64,000 nucleotides of DNA from Myxococcales bacterium (GCA_047601445.1 JASGJH010000001.1:6176001-6240000), one strand, 5' to 3'; numbered from the stretch's first letter, positions 10,104 to 20,345 are shown. Made by a program: numbers and translations. Notes: generated from the sequence alone by a model not told the origin.

Positions 10104-11000
10104 TCAGCTGGCTTCCAGGCTCGTCACGCGGGCGCGGGCGCGCATTTGATCGGCGGTCAGGCTCGAGCCGTCGCTACTGTAGCCGGGGGCGCGCCAGAAG
10201 ACGCGCAGTTTTTCCCCGAGTGAGGGCTCGCGACGCAGGTCGCGCCAGAGTGCGATCCACTCGTGGAAGGCCACCGTCAATGGGTTGTAGCTGTCGATGT
10301 TCTTGGTCAGACCGTACACCACCGGCTCGTCGTCGCGCTCTTCCGCGAAAGTGCCGAACAGGCGATCCCAGAGGATCAGGATCCCGCCGTGATTGCGGTC
10401 CAGGTAGGCCACGTTGCTGGCGTGGTGCACGCGGTGATGGGAGGGCGTGTTGAAGACCCATTCGAAAGGCCCGAGCTTTCCGACTTGCTCGGTGTGGATC
10501 AAGAACTGGTAGACCGCGCTGATGCCCGCGTGGGAGGCGATCAGCAAGGGGTGGAAGCCGAGGAAGGCCAGCGGCAGCTCGAACCAGCGATTGACCAGCG
10601 GCTGGGTCCAGCTCTGGCGGACCGCGGTGGCGAAGTGCATGCGCCGGCTCGAGTGATGCGTCACGTGGGCGGCCCACATGAAGCGATGCTCGTGGTCCAT
10701 GCGGTGCGCCCAGTAATAACAAAAGTCACGCGCCACCAGCGCCACACACCAGGCGAGAGCACTGCTCGTGACGGTGAAGACACGGTGCTCGTACACGGCG
10801 AAGGTGATGCCCACGAAGGCGAGGCGGTAGAGGCCGCCAAAGGCGAGGCTGCCCAGGCCCATGGAGATGCTGGTGGTGGTGTCGCGGCGTTCGTGGAGGG
10901 TGCGGCCCTTGCGCCGCGCCAGCCAGTGCTCGCCGAACATGGCGAGGATGAAGAGAGGGATCGCGGCCAGCGATAGGCGCACGGCAGCAGGATAACCCAT
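10104..11000 (-). CDS. Sterol desaturase / fatty-acid hydroxylase family (alkylglycerol-monooxygenase-like)
   Basis: His boxes YYWAHRMDH, HVTHHS, FLIHTE, HHRVHH; several TM segments; start uncertain. Confidence 0.9.
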   Translation of the reverse strand: MGYPAAVRLSLAAIPLFILAMFGEHWLARRKGRTLHERRDTTTSISMGLGSLAFGGLYRLAFVGITFAVYEHRVFTVTSSALAWCVALVARDFCYYWAHRMDHEHRFMWAAHVTHHSSRRMHFATAVRQSWTQPLVNRWFELPLAFLGFHPLLIASHAGISAVYQFLIHTEQVGKLGPFEWVFNTPSHHRVHHASNVAYLDRNHGGILILWDRLFGTFAEERDDEPVVYGLTKNIDSYNPLTVAFHEWIALWRDLRREPSLGEKLRVFWRAPGYSSDGSSLTADQMRARARVTSLEAS

Positions 11001-11111
11001 GGTGGGGGCGCGCACAGAACGGAGTCTGCACCGCGCGCTTGGTCAAAGCGGTCAACGTAACGGTACCGGAATGGAATTCTCGCGCGCCCAGGCCTGCACT
11101 ATGGATGGCGC

Positions 11112-11462
11112 ATGCGACGTACTTACCTTGGCCTCGGCATGTTGCTCGCGGCCGGCTGTCAGGACCCGGCGGACAACACCCAGGCCAACTGCAAGGTCTA
11201 CCAGGAGAACTACTGCGACAAGGAGGCCGACTGCGCCATCGAGTTCGACGACCTCAAGAAGTCCGAGCGCGACCAGAGCGTGGCGAAGTGTTACGACAAG
11301 TTCCGAAGCCAGGGGCTGAGCTGTGGCGACGTCAAGCGCGTCTCGGAGACCTTCGATCAGTGCACCGAAGATCTCGAGAAGTGGTCGTGCACGCAGTTTT
11401 ACGATGTCTCCTCGAGCCGCCGCTACGTGCCACTCTCCTGCGTGAACGTGCTGCAGAACTGA
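11112..11462 (+). CDS. Small Cys-rich lipoprotein
   Basis: LAAGC lipobox and regularly spaced cysteines. Confidence 0.8.
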   Translation: MRRTYLGLGMLLAAGCQDPADNTQANCKVYQENYCDKEADCAIEFDDLKKSERDQSVAKCYDKFRSQGLSCGDVKRVSETFDQCTEDLEKWSCTQFYDVSSSRRYVPLSCVNVLQN

Positions 11463-11556
11463 GCGTGCGGCTTCGGAGTCCGGGCGCGGGCACGGGCGCG
11501 CCTTGCGGATGCAAGGCTGGCACGGGAGCAGGGCGCTGCCTGCGTCGGCGCCCCTG

Positions 11557-11931
11557 CTAGCGGCTCACCAGGTTCAGGATGTTGCCGTCGGGATCTCGAA
11601 ACCAGGCCACCTTCATGCCGTCGGCCGCATGGATGTCGCCGCGCCGGCTCAAACCCGGCATGTCGTAGTGTTCGAACTTGACGCCCTTGGCCTTGAGCGT
11701 TTTCACGGTGTCCTCGATGTCGGGCACACTCCACGTGACCGCGGTGGCTTGATTGGTGCCGGCGAAGTCGGAGCGATAGACGTTGAGGTTGCTGTGGCCG
11801 CTTCGATAGACCACCACCTCTTCGCCTTCGGCATCGACTTCCTCGAGCCCGAGCGTGTGGCCGTAGAAGGACTTGGCGCGCATCAAATCTCGGACCGCCA
11901 CGTTGGCGGTCGCATCGTGCTGGTTGAGCAT
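11557..11931 (-). CDS. VOC / glyoxalase-family protein
   Basis: VRDLMRAKSFYGHTLGL and AWFRDPDGNIL; AAAGGAG RBS. Confidence 0.92.
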   Translation of the reverse strand: MLNQHDATANVAVRDLMRAKSFYGHTLGLEEVDAEGEEVVVYRSGHSNLNVYRSDFAGTNQATAVTWSVPDIEDTVKTLKAKGVKFEHYDMPGLSRRGDIHAADGMKVAWFRDPDGNILNLVSR

Positions 11932-12182
11932 GACCGAACTCCTTTGGCAGTGGGCTGGCAGACGTTGCTACGAGTGAGTGCGGGCCCGCGTGCCAGTTTG
12001 ACTCCGGCGCGACGGGCCTTGCTGAGGCCGATGGCGATGGCTTGCTTGGCGGAGCGTGCGCCGTGCTTGCCATCGCGCACGTGCTCGATTTCCTCGCGGA
12101 CGAACTCGCCGGCTTGCGTGCTAGGAGCCTTGCCCGGGCGCTTCTTGCGCAGAGCACGTTCTTCGACGTCTCTTTCAGGCAT
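11883..12182 (-). pseudogene. DUF6496-like small basic protein, apparently C-terminally truncated
   Basis: KAPSTQAGEFVREEIEHVRDGKHGARSAKQAIAIGLSKARRAGV signature with GAGGAG RBS. The sequence loses family character after GVKL and runs into the VOC gene. Confidence 0.6.
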
Positions 12183-12259
12183 GTTCTCCTCTATCAGGAG
12201 GCTAGGTGAACACGCCTGCCAGGCCCGAAAACGGCTTTCGCAGCGACAACCCCTAAAAC

Positions 12260-13309
12260 TTAGGGCACGAGCTCCATCCACTCCTTGAGCGGACTCATGA
12301 CGAAGCGCGGCACGCGCTTGAGCTCGTCCACCGTGCGTGCGCCACACAACAGCATCACGGCGCGGATCTCGCGCTCCAGCTGCTCGATGACGCGCTCTGC
12401 CTCCGCCTTGCCGCCGCGTACGTGGGCTTGCAGCAGCGGACGAGCGATGCCAGCCGCCGTGGCTCCAAGAGCCAGGGCGCGCACGATGTCGACGCCGCTC
12501 TGCACGCCGCCCGTGGCGATGGTCTCATGCCCCGCCCGGACGCAGGCGTGAACACTGGCCGCGGTGGGCACTCCCCAGTCCCAGAGCAAGTTGCCCAGGC
12601 GCGCTTGGTCGCCCTGAGCACGCAGTGTTTCGACACCCACCCACGAGGTGCCTCCGGCGCCCGAGGTGTCCACGGTGCGCACGCCGGCTCCCTTGAGCTT
12701 GAGCGCCGTCTGATAGCTGAGCCCACAGCCGGTCTCCTTGCCGACCACTGGCACCTTGAGCTCGCTGACCAGGCGCGCGTAGGTCTCCACGCCGCCGCTG
12801 AAGTCGCGATCGCCCTCGGGCTGCACGATTTCCTGGGCCGGGTTGAGGTGCACGCAGAGGGCGTCGGCCCCGATATCGCTCACCATGGCCGCGATGATCT
12901 TGGTGGGCCACTCGCGCGCCTGCACCACGCCCACGTTGCCGAGGATCAAGGTGCTCGGAGCCCACTCGCGTACGCGATAGGTCCAGGCCGTGTCGGGCTG
13001 GCGCTGCATGGCGCGCTGGCTGCCGAGGCCGAAGCCGAGCCCGCGTGCCTCGGCGATGGAGGCAAGATCGCGGTTCACCTCGGCCGCGCGCTCGGTGCCA
13101 CCCGTCATGGCAGCGATCACGATGGGCAGACGCAGGCGCTTGCCGAGCAGCGTGGTGCTGGTGTCGATGGCGTCGACGCTGAAGTCCGGCAGAGACTGGT
13201 GAACGAGCTGCACCTTCTCCAGCAGATTGGTGGCCCCACGAAACGCCACGTCGTCGGTGGCGCAGAGGTCCAAGTGGTCGTCTTTACGGCGCTGGATCGG
13301 CGAGTTCAT
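12260..13309 (-). CDS. fni: Type 2 isopentenyl-diphosphate isomerase
   Basis: RKDDHL, MTGG, GSQR, HLNPAQE, KETGCG, GAGGTSW, ATGG motifs. Confidence 0.96.
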   Translation of the reverse strand: MNSPIQRRKDDHLDLCATDDVAFRGATNLLEKVQLVHQSLPDFSVDAIDTSTTLLGKRLRLPIVIAAMTGGTERAAEVNRDLASIAEARGLGFGLGSQRAMQRQPDTAWTYRVREWAPSTLILGNVGVVQAREWPTKIIAAMVSDIGADALCVHLNPAQEIVQPEGDRDFSGGVETYARLVSELKVPVVGKETGCGLSYQTALKLKGAGVRTVDTSGAGGTSWVGVETLRAQGDQARLGNLLWDWGVPTAASVHACVRAGHETIATGGVQSGVDIVRALALGATAAGIARPLLQAHVRGGKAEAERVIEQLEREIRAVMLLCGARTVDELKRVPRFVMSPLKEWMELVP

Positions 13310-13455
13310 CTGGGATCGGGCTATAGCAGAGGTCGGCGAAGCCGGGGCATACGTTTCAGAATGTGTTTAAGCGCGCTGAGTTGACGCTCGCCCCCCCTAG
13401 CGAGCATGCTCCGCGCCCCGCGCGCCCTTTGCGCGCCCCTGCTCGGAGTGTGGCC

Positions 13456-14511
13456 GTGGCCGTCGAAATCCCTTCCAAGAACGCCCCCATCGAGGCCTTT
13501 CTGGCCGAGATCAAGCAACACGTGGATGCGCGCCTGGTCCGCTATTTCGAGAGCAAGCGCACGCGTGCCCAGCAACTGAGCTCGCCTTCAGTAGAGCTGG
13601 TGGATGCCATCGACGTGTTCACCATGCGCGGCGGCAAGCGTACGCGGCCCGCCGTCCTGGTGGCCGGTCACATGGCCGTTTCCGAGCGTACGAACCTGCA
13701 AGCACTGCTCGACCCATGCGCCGGCCTCGAGCTCTTGCAGAGTTACCTGCTGATCCACGATGACTGGATGGATCAGGACGACGAGCGGCGCGGTGGACCC
13801 ACCCTGCACAAGGTCTTCGGTGAGCGCGTGCGGGACCGTCACCTCGGGGCCAGCCTCGCCGTCCTGGCGGGTGACCTGGGGAACGGTTTTGCCATCGAGC
13901 TGGTGGCCGGCGCGGACATGCCGGAGTCCCAGCGCAGCTCGGCCTTGAAGGTGTTTTGGGAGATGCAGCAGGACGTGGTGTGGGGCCAGGCCCTGGACCT
14001 GATCGCCTTCCCGGACGTGGCCTTGATCCAGCGCCTCAAGACCGGCAGCTACAGCGTGAAAGGTCCGCTCTTGTTGGGGGCCGTGATCGGCGGGGCCAAC
14101 CCGACGCAGGTCCAGGCCCTCGAGCGCTACGCGGACCCGGTAGGGCAGGCGTTCCAGGGTCGCGATGACATCCTCGGCACCTTCGGCGCCCCGGAGAAGA
14201 CTGGCAAGCCGGCCGGCAACGATCTGCGCGCCGGCAAGCGCACCGCCCTCATCGAAGAGGCCGAGCGCCGCCTGAGCGACGCGGACTACGCGCCGATCCG
14301 CAAGGTGCTCGGCAAGGCCGACTCCTCCAACGCGGACATCAGCTCCGCCCAGGGCCTGCTCGAAGCCTGCGGCGCACTGGCTGCTGTGGAGGAGCGAGTC
14401 GCCAAGTTCTGCGATGAAGCGCAAGCTGCCCTACAGAACGCCGGCCTCACGGACGAAGGAACCCTGCGTTTGGTACAGCTCGCCCGAAAGTTCGCCTTCC
14501 GGGACAGCTGA
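13456..14511 (+). CDS. Polyprenyl (GGPP-type) diphosphate synthase
   Basis: GGKRTRP, LIHDDWMDQDDERRG (FARM), KTGSY, FQGRDDILG; GTG start after GGAG, uncertain. Confidence 0.92.
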   Translation: MAVEIPSKNAPIEAFLAEIKQHVDARLVRYFESKRTRAQQLSSPSVELVDAIDVFTMRGGKRTRPAVLVAGHMAVSERTNLQALLDPCAGLELLQSYLLIHDDWMDQDDERRGGPTLHKVFGERVRDRHLGASLAVLAGDLGNGFAIELVAGADMPESQRSSALKVFWEMQQDVVWGQALDLIAFPDVALIQRLKTGSYSVKGPLLLGAVIGGANPTQVQALERYADPVGQAFQGRDDILGTFGAPEKTGKPAGNDLRAGKRTALIEEAERRLSDADYAPIRKVLGKADSSNADISSAQGLLEACGALAAVEERVAKFCDEAQAALQNAGLTDEGTLRLVQLARKFAFRDS

Positions 14512-14564
14512 GCGGCTAGTACCAGGGGCGCTTTTTGCTTAACGCGCTCGGATCTGGAAACGCG

Positions 14565-15521
14565 ATGGCCTACGGACACGGCAAAGTCATTCTGTTTGGC
14601 GAACATAGCGTGGTGCACGGACGCCCCGCCCTGGCCCTGGCCGTCGAGCGCGGCGCCGAGGTGCACGCGGTTCGCAAGGCCGAGGGGCCCACGGAGCTGT
14701 CGATCGCGCCCTGGGACGTGCAGGTCGACGCCGGCGGCGAGCCCAATCAAGGCCGTGAGCTCCTGCAGAGCGCGCTGAAGGTGGCGCGGGAGTTCTACGA
14801 GGACGACCTCGAGCTCTCGCTCACCGCCACCATGAACCTCCCGGGCGGAGCGGGCATGGGCTCGTCGGCGGCCCTGGGCGTCGCGGTCCTTCGCGCCATG
14901 GACGCAGCGCGGGGAATCAGCCGCTCGGACCAGGAAATCTTCGAGCGTTCGCTGCCCTGGGAGCGAGTCTTCCACGGCAACGCCTCGGGCATCGACAACG
15001 CCATGGCCACCTACGGCGGGATGGCCGTGTTCAAGAAGGGCGAGTCGCTGACCCGCATCGTGCCGCGCCACAGGGTGCGCCTGATCGCGGGCCACAGCGG
15101 TAGCCAGCGCATCGCCAAGCCCATGATCGAGTCGGTGGCGCGCCAGTTCCAGAAGGAGCCCGAGCGCGTGGGCAAGTTGTTCGATGCCATTGCCAGCATC
15201 GTGTCCAACGGCAAGCTCGCGCTGGAGCAGGGCGACCTGAAGGGGCTCGGTCAGCTGATGACCATGAACCACATGCTGCTGAGCTCCCTGATGCTGTCCA
15301 CCAGCGAGCTCGAAGAGATGATCGCCGCCGCCATGCAGGCTGGGGCCCTGGGCGCCAAGCTCACGGGGGCCGGCGGCGGCGGCTGCATGATTGCCTTGAT
15401 CGACAACGACGAGCAGCACGCGGCGGTGAAGGCTGCGCTGACTGGCCTCGGCAGAACCGTTTACGACGTAGAAGCGGGCCCACCCCGCGACGAAACCAAG
15501 CAGGAGAGCGGATCAACATGA
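14565..15521 (+). CDS. mvk: Mevalonate kinase
   Basis: GKVILFGEH, PGGAGMGSSAA, HGNASGID, KLTGAGGGG GHMP motifs. Confidence 0.94.
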   Translation: MAYGHGKVILFGEHSVVHGRPALALAVERGAEVHAVRKAEGPTELSIAPWDVQVDAGGEPNQGRELLQSALKVAREFYEDDLELSLTATMNLPGGAGMGSSAALGVAVLRAMDAARGISRSDQEIFERSLPWERVFHGNASGIDNAMATYGGMAVFKKGESLTRIVPRHRVRLIAGHSGSQRIAKPMIESVARQFQKEPERVGKLFDAIASIVSNGKLALEQGDLKGLGQLMTMNHMLLSSLMLSTSELEEMIAAAMQAGALGAKLTGAGGGGCMIALIDNDEQHAAVKAALTGLGRTVYDVEAGPPRDETKQESGST

Positions 15522-16501
15522 GTACCCACACCGCGACCGCCCTGGCGCGCGCCAACATCGCGCTCGCCAAGTACTGGGGCAAGAGCGACGTCGCCCTCAA
15601 CCTGCCTGCGGTGCCCAGCATCTCCCTCACGCTGGAGCCCATGCGCACCGAGACCACGGTCACGTTCGACGCCGGACTGAGCGACGACGAGGTGGTGCTC
15701 AACGGCAAGGTCGCCGAGGGCAAGGCCAGGACGCGCGCAATCAAGGTGCTCGATCAGGTCCGCAAGGTGGCCAAGCTCGAGCTCAAGGGTCGGGTCGAGA
15801 GCGCCAACAACTTCCCCACCGCCTCCGGTCTCGCCTCGAGCGCCTCCGGGTTTGCCGCGTTGGTGGCTGCGGCTTGGGGCGCTGCTGGACTCGAGCGTGA
15901 TAATAGTGTGTGGAGCGCCATGGCCCGTCAGGCCAGCGCGTCGGCGGCTCGAAGCATCTACGGTGGCTTCGTGGAGCTGCCCCGAGGTATCCCCGGCGAT
16001 GCCAAGTTGGGGGCCAAGCAGATCGCGCCGCCGAGCCATTGGGATGTACGCATCGTCGTGGCCGTGGCCAACGAGGGCGCCAAGGACGTGGGCTCCACCG
16101 AAGGCATGACCTTGAGCGAACAGACCTCGCCCTATTACCGAGCCTGGGTCGACTGCTCGGACAAGCTCACGGCCGAGGTGCGCGAGGGTATCCTCACGAA
16201 AGATCTCACCAAAGTGGGCGAGGCCATGGAGCAGAGCACGCTCGCGATGCACGCCTGCATGATGGCCTCGCGGCCGGGCCTCATCTATCTGCAGCCCGCC
16301 ACCTTGGCCGCCTTGAGCACGGTGAAGCGGCTGCGCAAGGAAGGCGTGGAGGTCTACGCCACCATGGACGCTGGGCCCCACGTGAAGGCGCTCTGCAAGG
16401 CTTCGGACGCCGAGCGCGTGGCGCGTGCCTTGGCTGATACGCCGATGGTCTTGCGCACGCTGACCGCGCATCCGGGACCCGACCTGGAGCTTCGCAAGTG
16501 A
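15518..16501 (+). CDS. mvaD: Diphosphomevalonate decarboxylase
   Basis: NIALAKYWGK, NNFPTASGLASSASG, TMDAGPHVK; ATGA overlap with mvk. Confidence 0.95.
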   Translation: MSTHTATALARANIALAKYWGKSDVALNLPAVPSISLTLEPMRTETTVTFDAGLSDDEVVLNGKVAEGKARTRAIKVLDQVRKVAKLELKGRVESANNFPTASGLASSASGFAALVAAAWGAAGLERDNSVWSAMARQASASAARSIYGGFVELPRGIPGDAKLGAKQIAPPSHWDVRIVVAVANEGAKDVGSTEGMTLSEQTSPYYRAWVDCSDKLTAEVREGILTKDLTKVGEAMEQSTLAMHACMMASRPGLIYLQPATLAALSTVKRLRKEGVEVYATMDAGPHVKALCKASDAERVARALADTPMVLRTLTAHPGPDLELRK

Positions 16502-17547
16502 CGCGCCCAGAAGGGGCGCTAGCGGGCCATTTCGTGCGCACGAGTGCGCCGGGAAAGCTCATGGTTTCCGGTGAGTACGCGGTGCTCGAGGGGGCCGTCG
16601 CGGTGGTGGCTTCGGTGGCCGCCCGCGTCTATGCGCGCCTGGATCCCGTCCCAGTCGGCGCCGTCTCGTCCGCCTCAGGGGTGGCTGTCGACGGTTCGGG
16701 CTCCGAGATTGGCGGTTTGCCCCAAAGGCCACCGTTGCCTCCCGAAGCAGTGCTAGCTCGAAGGTTAGCTGAGGAGTCATTTGGTTCTGTGAACGCCTCT
16801 CTTTCCATCGACGCCAGTGAGTGCCGTAAGTCCGGGAAAAAACTCGGCTTGGGCTCCTCTGCCGCCGCCTCGGCCGCGGCCGTGGGTGGCGTGTTGGCGA
16901 GCCATGGACAGGATCTTACGGACCCCGCGGTGCAGCGCCGGGTGCTCGATCTGGCCCTCGCCGGACACAAGGCCATCGCGCCCGAGGGCAGCGGGGCCGA
17001 CGTGGCGGCCGCGTCGCTCGGGGGCTTCGTGCGCTTCCAGCTCGACGACAAGGGCGCGCTCAAGCAGGCCGAGCGCGTGAGCTTTCCGGCCCACGTGGAG
17101 ACGCGCGTGGTGTGGACCGGCAAGGAAGCCCGCACAAGCGAGTTCGTGCGTGCGGTGCGCGCCTTCGAGGCGCGGGACCGCTCGGGCTACGCCACGCTGC
17201 GAGACCACTTGAAGGCCGAAGCCGTGCGCTTCGCCGACGCCATCGCCGCGGGCGATGCGGGCGAGATCATCGCGGCCGCTGCGTCCTACGGGCGCGGCAT
17301 GGGCGAGCTCGGGCAGGCGGCGGGCGTGGACATCGTGACCGCCGAGCTCGCGCAGATCGCCGAGCTGGCGCGCGTGCATGGCGGCGCTGCCAAGCCCTCG
17401 GGCGCTGGCGGCGGCGACGTGGCCATCGCGTTCTTCCAGCGCGCCAGTGACGCGCAGGCTTTCGACAACGCGTGCGATCGAGCCGGGCTCGACCGCCTCG
17501 ATATGGGTTTGGGTGCACCGGGCGTGCGCGTCGAACCCCACGTTTGA
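16498..17547 (+). CDS. Phosphomevalonate kinase (GHMP family)
   Basis: APGKLMVSGEYAVLEG, KLGLGSSAA, GSGADVAA, KPSGAGGGD; operon context. Confidence 0.9.
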   Translation: MTRPEGALAGHFVRTSAPGKLMVSGEYAVLEGAVAVVASVAARVYARLDPVPVGAVSSASGVAVDGSGSEIGGLPQRPPLPPEAVLARRLAEESFGSVNASLSIDASECRKSGKKLGLGSSAAASAAAVGGVLASHGQDLTDPAVQRRVLDLALAGHKAIAPEGSGADVAAASLGGFVRFQLDDKGALKQAERVSFPAHVETRVVWTGKEARTSEFVRAVRAFEARDRSGYATLRDHLKAEAVRFADAIAAGDAGEIIAAAASYGRGMGELGQAAGVDIVTAELAQIAELARVHGGAAKPSGAGGGDVAIAFFQRASDAQAFDNACDRAGLDRLDMGLGAPGVRVEPHV

Positions 17548-17571
17548 CCTTCCGAGTAGATGAGGACACCC

Positions 17572-18879
17572 ATGGTTTCGTCGCGAATCTCTGGATTCTA
17601 CAAACTCCCGATCGAAGAGCGTCAGCGCATCGCCGCTGAGCGCCTCGACCTGACCGCTGTCGAGATCCAGTCCCTGGAGCGCGGCGGACTCGAGCGCGAC
17701 GTCGCCGACAAGATGATCGAGAACGTGGTGGGCGCCTTCACGCTGCCCTTCGCGCTCGGCCTCAACGCCCAGATGAACGGCAAGGACTTCCTGGTGCCCA
17801 TGGTGGTGGAGGAGCCCTCGGTGGTGGCCGCTGCCTCCAACGCCGCGCGCATCATCCGCTCCGGTGGCGGCTTCATGGCCGAGTCCGACGAGCCCATCAT
17901 GATCTCGCAGGTGCAGCTCGACGAAGTGCCCGACACCAAGGCCGCCTGTGCCCTCGTGCTCGAGTTCAAGGCCGAGCTGTTGGCGCGCGCGGACGCCTCG
18001 GTGCCCAACCTGGTGAAGCGCGGTGGCGGTGCCCGTGGCCTCGAGGTGCGCGACCTCGGCGACGGCATGATCGTGGTGCACTTCCTGATCGACTGCCGCG
18101 ACGCAATGGGTGCGAACCTGGTGAACACCGTGGCCGAGTCGGTGGCCGACCGCATCGCCGAGATCACCGGCGGCAAGGTGGGCCTGCGCATCCTCTCGAA
18201 CCTGTGCGACCAGCGCTGTGTGCGCGTGCGCTGCTCGATTCCGATCTCGGCCCTCAGCGAGGGCGACGCCGACGGTGCCTCCGTGCGCGATGGCATCGTG
18301 CGCGCTTCGCGCTTCGCCGAGGCCGACCCGTACCGTGCGACCACGCACAACAAGGGCATCATGAACGGCATCGATCCGGTCGTGATCGCCACCGGCAACG
18401 ACTGGCGCGCCGCCGAGTCGGGCGCCCACGCCTTCGCGGCTCGCAGCGGGCGCTACAAGCCGCTCTGCACCTGGCGCAAGGGCGAGAACGGCAACCTCGA
18501 GGGCTTCATGGAGATCCCGCTCGCGCTCGGCGTGGTGGGTGGCCCCTCGCGCATGCACAAGGGTGCCGCGCTCGGCCTCAAGATCAGCGGCGTGAGCTCG
18601 GCCCAGGAGCTGGCCATGCTGACGGCCTGCGTGGGCATGGCCTCGAACTTCGCGGCCCTCAAGGCGCTCGCCACGGATGGCATCCAGCGCGGCCACATGG
18701 GTTTGCACGCACGTCAGGTGGCGGTCGCCGCTGGTGCGATCGGTGACGAAGTCGAGCGTGTGGCCGAGGAGATCCACGCCGCAGGCCACGCCACCCTCGA
18801 CGCCGCCATGGCGGCCCTGGCGCGCCTGCGCCGCAACGCGCGCGTCCCGGCCGAAATCGAGCTCGCCCCCGGGGAGTGA
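17572..18879 (+). CDS. mvaA: Class II HMG-CoA reductase
   Basis: ENVVG, EEPSVVAA, DAMGAN, ILSN, THNKGIMNG, GIQRGHM. Confidence 0.95.
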   Translation: MVSSRISGFYKLPIEERQRIAAERLDLTAVEIQSLERGGLERDVADKMIENVVGAFTLPFALGLNAQMNGKDFLVPMVVEEPSVVAAASNAARIIRSGGGFMAESDEPIMISQVQLDEVPDTKAACALVLEFKAELLARADASVPNLVKRGGGARGLEVRDLGDGMIVVHFLIDCRDAMGANLVNTVAESVADRIAEITGGKVGLRILSNLCDQRCVRVRCSIPISALSEGDADGASVRDGIVRASRFAEADPYRATTHNKGIMNGIDPVVIATGNDWRAAESGAHAFAARSGRYKPLCTWRKGENGNLEGFMEIPLALGVVGGPSRMHKGAALGLKISGVSSAQELAMLTACVGMASNFAALKALATDGIQRGHMGLHARQVAVAAGAIGDEVERVAEEIHAAGHATLDAAMAALARLRRNARVPAEIELAPGE

Positions 18880-18971
18880 GCTCCTTTTTCGGGACCTAGC
18901 GAGGGCCCGCGCTCGCCGTGGCCGGCTATGCTTGGCCGGTGAAGCGAGTTTCAGGTCCAGAACGCGTTTCG

Positions 18972-19850
18972 ATGTCCGACTTGATCGGTAACACCCCGCT
19001 CGTGTCGTTGAGCAGCGATGCCAACGCTCGCGTGCGCCTGCTCGGGAAGCTCGAGAGTCAGAACCCCGGCGGAAGTGTCAAAGATCGCCCGGCGCTGCGC
19101 ATGATCCGCGGCGCCGAGGAGCGCGGTCTGCTCGAGCCCGGGGTGCGTCTGGTGGAGGCTACCAGCGGCAACACGGGGATCGCTCTCGCGATGATCGCGG
19201 CCGCCCGTGGCTACCAGATCGAGCTGATCATGCCGGAGAGCTCCACCGCCGAGCGCGTGCAGCTCATGCGCGCCTACGGGGCCCACGTGATCCTCACGCC
19301 GGACGATACGGGCATGGAGGGAGCCATCGACCTCGCGCGTCAGAAGGTCGCCGAGGGTGGCTACGTGATGCTCGATCAGTTCAGCAACGACGACAACTGG
19401 CGCGCCCACTTCGAGACCACCGGGCCCGAGATCTGGGCGCAGACCCAGGGCGAGGTGCGGGCGTTCGTCTCGGCCATGGGCACTACCGGCACCATCATGG
19501 GGGTCGGGCGCTTCCTCAAGTCCAAGCAGGCAGGTGTTCGCATCGTGGGCTGTCATCCGGCGGACGGCGCGAGCATTCCGGGCATTCGGCGTTGGCCCGA
19601 GGAGTATCTGCCCAAGATTTACCAGCCGAGCGAGGTCGATGAGATTCTCGACATCGCGCAGGAGGCTGCCGAGAACGAGGCGCGCCGTCTGGCTCGCGAG
19701 CTCGGCGTGTTGGTGGGCGTGTCCTCCGGCGGTGCCGTGTGGGCTGCGCGACAGATCTGCGCACGCATGGAGCGCGCGGGCGAGTCGGGCTGCGTGGTCT
19801 GCATCTTGTGCGACCGTGGGGATCGCTACCTGTCGTCCAACCTGTTCTAG
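18972..19850 (+). CDS. cysM: Cysteine synthase B
   Basis: IGNTPLV, NPGGSVKDR (PLP Lys), TSGNTG, MGTTGT, IPGIRRWPEEYLP, CDRGDRYLS. Confidence 0.93.
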   Translation: MSDLIGNTPLVSLSSDANARVRLLGKLESQNPGGSVKDRPALRMIRGAEERGLLEPGVRLVEATSGNTGIALAMIAAARGYQIELIMPESSTAERVQLMRAYGAHVILTPDDTGMEGAIDLARQKVAEGGYVMLDQFSNDDNWRAHFETTGPEIWAQTQGEVRAFVSAMGTTGTIMGVGRFLKSKQAGVRIVGCHPADGASIPGIRRWPEEYLPKIYQPSEVDEILDIAQEAAENEARRLARELGVLVGVSSGGAVWAARQICARMERAGESGCVVCILCDRGDRYLSSNLF

Positions 19851-19918
19851 TTCGGCGCAACCTCAAGCAGGCAGCGCGTCGAGACCTGCGGGTCCTCGAA
19901 AAAGAGAGAGAGAGCCTC

Positions 19919-20341
19919 ATGGCGGTCGGTACATTGAAGGTCAAGCTCGAGCGCATCGGGCCTGCGGCATTTCGCGCGCAGGCCGCCTCCGGCGGTGAGC
20001 TCATCGTGGATGGCGCGCCGGATATCGGCGGCGAAGGGCGCGGCATGCGTCCGATGGAGTTGCTCGTGAGCTCCATCGCCTCCTGCGCCTCCATGGACGT
20101 GGTGCACATCCTGCGCAAGCAGGGCGAGCTCCTGACCAACCTCGAGGTCTATACCGAGGCGCAGCGCAAGGACGCCACGCCGGCGCCCATCACCAACGTG
20201 CACCTGCGCTTCGTCGCCCACGGCGGCGTGAACGCCCACAAGCTCGAGCGCGCCGTGAAGCTCTCGGTCGAGAAGTACTGCTCGGTGATCGAATCACTCT
20301 CCAAGGACATCACCGTCACGCACGAGGCGCAGGCCGTGTGA
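19919..20341 (+). CDS. OsmC/YhfA-family protein
   Basis: GMRPMELL...CASMDV...KYCSV two-Cys pattern. Confidence 0.92.
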   Translation: MAVGTLKVKLERIGPAAFRAQAASGGELIVDGAPDIGGEGRGMRPMELLVSSIASCASMDVVHILRKQGELLTNLEVYTEAQRKDATPAPITNVHLRFVAHGGVNAHKLERAVKLSVEKYCSVIESLSKDITVTHEAQAV

Positions 20342-20345
20342 TTTA

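Noticed and set aside
16777..18789. 670-aa minus-strand ORF, and similar long ORFs such as 45298-47187 (-) and 57710-59902 (+)
   Set aside because: They are antisense shadows of well-supported genes caused by high-GC codon bias.
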